Positions 61,999 to 64,000 of a stretch of 64,000 bases of DNA are shown here, piece after piece; within the stretch, counting starts at the first letter, position 1, and every line of letters starts with the position of its first letter. This stretch comes from Candidatus Campbellbacteria bacterium RIFOXYC2_FULL_35_25. GTDB taxonomy: Bacteria > Patescibacteriota > Minisyncoccia > Phycocordibacterales > UBA12079. The stretch lies in assembly GCA_001774495.1 (NCBI GenBank), contig MFAE01000014.1:10573-74572 (forward strand). The letters run 5' to 3'. A program made the translations under genes and the position numbers. The notes under the pieces are model-generated. The model searched no databases. It saw nothing but the letters and a program-made list of their open reading frames with translations, and had not been told where the DNA came from.

Positions 61999-64000
61999 AT
62001 GAGTAATATGAATAACACACCTATAGAAAAGAAGTATTTTGGTAAATTCAAAGAACCTTTGGCAGATTTGCCTAACTTAATTGAAGCACAAACAACTTCC
62101 AATAAATGGTTTCTTGAGGAGGGTATAAAAGAAGTTTTAAAAGAATTTGGTCCTATTAGGGATTATTCTGAAAAGAAATTCGAATTAGAGTTTAAAGGCT
62201 TTAGTCTTGCAAAACCTGAGCACGATGAGTTTTATGCAAAAGAAAATAAACTAACTTATGACGCTTCTTTAAAAGTAAAAGTAAAACTAAAGAACATAAC
62301 ATTAAACTCAGAGAAGGAACAGGATATTTTCTTTCTTGATTTGCCTTTGATGACTGACCACGGAACATTTATCATAAATGGAGTTGAAAGAGTTGTTGTC
62401 CCACAGTTAACCCGTTCTTTCGGTGTTTTCTTTACATCCCAAGAAATTAAAGGGAAAAAATATTTTGGTTCAAAAATAATTCCTCAAAGAGGTGCTTGGA
62501 TAGAGTTTGAATCAGACTCAGATGGAGTGATTTATGTAAGAATAGATAGAAAGAGAAAATTCCCAGTAACTTCGTTATTGCGAATCATAACTAATTCAGA
62601 TGATTTGAAATCAGTAATCAGTGATAAAAATATTAAAGCTATTTTAGAACCTTCTTTTGCAAAAGACCCAGCTAAGACATTGAATGAGTCTTATGTTGAA
62701 GTTTACAGAAGATTGAGAGACGGCGGAATGGTAGCTCCTAGTCATGCTAGAGAGTTTGTTGATTCTGTTTTTAGTTCTGAAAAGTATGACTTGTCTGAGG
62801 TAGGAAGATACAATTTCAATAATAGATTTAAAAGATCTTTAGAAAAGAAGGATCTTGCCCTACGATTGATAACCGAAGAAGATATTAAAATTATTATTGA
62901 GAGGATTGTTAAGTTAAACAGTACTCCTAATTCTGTTGAGGATGATATCGACCACTTGGGAATGAGAAGAGTTAGATATTATGGAGAAATGATTCAACAA
63001 AAGTTTCGAGTTGGAATGTTGCAAATGAAAAGAAATATTCAGGACAGAATGTCTATCATTGATGCTGAATCTGTTTTGCCTGTTCAATTTATAAGTGCGA
63101 GACCTCTTCAAGCAAGAATTAAAGAATTCTTTACGACTAACCAGTTGTCTCAGTTCATGCCACAAGATAACATTTTGTATGAGCTAGAAAGTTTGAGAAC
63201 CGTTTCCGCTCTTGGCCCCGGTGGTCTTGTTAGAGAAAGAGCCAGCTTCGAAGTTCGAGACGTTCACACTTCTCACTATGGAAGATTGTGTCCAATCCAG
63301 ACTCCAGAAGGACCAAACATCGGTCTTATTCTAAGATTGGCTAGTTATGCTAGAGTAAATCCTTACGGGATGATTGAAACTCCTTTTGCAAAAGTAAAAA
63401 ATGGTAAAATAACAAATGAAATCGTTTTCCTAAATGCTTTGGAAGAAGAAGAAAAAAATATTGCTCACTCTGCGATTGGCTATGATAAAAATGGTGTGAT
63501 TTTGGATAAATTCGTTGAAGTAAGAAACACCGGGAAACCAGCTTTGGTTGATAAAAATGATGTTGATTACATCGACGTCGCAACTAACCAAGCCTTTTCT
63601 ATCGGAACCACAATGATTCCTTTCGTGAACCACGATGATGCCAACAGAGCTTTGATGGGTTCAAACATGCAGAAACAAGCAGTTCCTTGTCTTATCCCAG
63701 AGGCTCCTTTGGTAGCTACCGGTATAGAAGAAAAGGCTGCAAAAGATGTAGGAAGACTTGTCTTCGCTAAAGAAGGAGGAGTTGTTTCATATGTTGACGC
63801 TAAAAAAATAAAAGTAAAAAATTCTTCAGGTAAAGAAGACGAATATAACCTTGTTAACTTTTCTAGAACTAACAATTTTTCAGCCTTCCACCAAAGACCT
63901 TCTGTTGATTTAGATCAAAAAGTAAAGAAAGGGGATGTGTTAGCTGATGTTACATCTAGTGATAAAGGACAGATCGCCGTTGGGCAAAATATGTTGGTAG
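61999..64000 (+). CDS. rpoB: DNA-directed RNA polymerase subunit beta, 3'-partial (runs off the window end)
   Basis: GTFIINGVERVVV, HTSHYGRLCPIQTPEGPNIGL, NHDDANRALMGSNMQKQAVP; not in the ORF track because there is no stop within the window. Confidence 0.9.
   Translation, partial: MSNMNNTPIEKKYFGKFKEPLADLPNLIEAQTTSNKWFLEEGIKEVLKEFGPIRDYSEKKFELEFKGFSLAKPEHDEFYAKENKLTYDASLKVKVKLKNITLNSEKEQDIFFLDLPLMTDHGTFIINGVERVVVPQLTRSFGVFFTSQEIKGKKYFGSKIIPQRGAWIEFESDSDGVIYVRIDRKRKFPVTSLLRIITNSDDLKSVISDKNIKAILEPSFAKDPAKTLNESYVEVYRRLRDGGMVAPSHAREFVDSVFSSEKYDLSEVGRYNFNNRFKRSLEKKDLALRLITEEDIKIIIERIVKLNSTPNSVEDDIDHLGMRRVRYYGEMIQQKFRVGMLQMKRNIQDRMSIIDAESVLPVQFISARPLQARIKEFFTTNQLSQFMPQDNILYELESLRTVSALGPGGLVRERASFEVRDVHTSHYGRLCPIQTPEGPNIGLILRLASYARVNPYGMIETPFAKVKNGKITNEIVFLNALEEEEKNIAHSAIGYDKNGVILDKFVEVRNTGKPALVDKNDVDYIDVATNQAFSIGTTMIPFVNHDDANRALMGSNMQKQAVPCLIPEAPLVATGIEEKAAKDVGRLVFAKEGGVVSYVDAKKIKVKNSSGKEDEYNLVNFSRTNNFSAFHQRPSVDLDQKVKKGDVLADVTSSDKGQIAVGQNMLV

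Overview
This is AT-rich bacterial DNA with a streamlined, CPR/Patescibacteria-like character: short genes, a 511-aa IF-2, a 472-aa AspRS, a class II NrdJ, a type IV pilin and many hypotheticals. The housekeeping backbone is nrdJ (5'-partial), rplU, five tRNAs (Cys, Leu, Lys, Trp, Ala), rbfA, infB, murI, a cysteine desulfurase, plsC, aspS, rpsP and rpoB (3'-partial). Several features are not explained by that backbone.

- **tRNA-linked element family.** Every tRNA except Cys is followed by 1-2 copies of a 130-190 nt structured element. Each starts with the reverse complement of that tRNA's T-arm and ends with a direct duplicate of its 3' terminus. The elements at tRNA-Lys, tRNA-Trp and tRNA-Ala share a conserved core (the Leu-linked units share only the arm architecture).
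- **Restriction-modification-like island at tRNA-Ala (~14.4-20.8 kb).** It carries a C-protein-like HTH, an N6-adenine methyltransferase, a DUF262-HNH nuclease, an SF1 helicase and two proteins with the same winged-HTH tail. Three copies of a 26-bp palindrome punctuate it, two of them at its ends.
- **Large accessory region (~23-56 kb), candidate RiPP-like system.** It holds a glycan-modification cluster and two repeated promoter-cassette families. One family is derived from the 3' end of a histidine-kinase gene. The other is a TTGACA/TACCAT cassette with a conserved leader. These cassettes drive at least seven small peptide ORFs of 22-71 aa. The peptide genes sit next to two ATP-grasp ligases, two radical-SAM/SPASM enzymes, a C39-like peptidase, two M16 peptidases, HExxH proteins, four paralogous small alpha/beta hydrolases and an MMPL exporter.
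- **GC-rich patches.** Several short stretches with visibly higher GC encode small secreted or zinc-ribbon proteins.

Family assignments come from motifs I read in the translations. None is database-verified.
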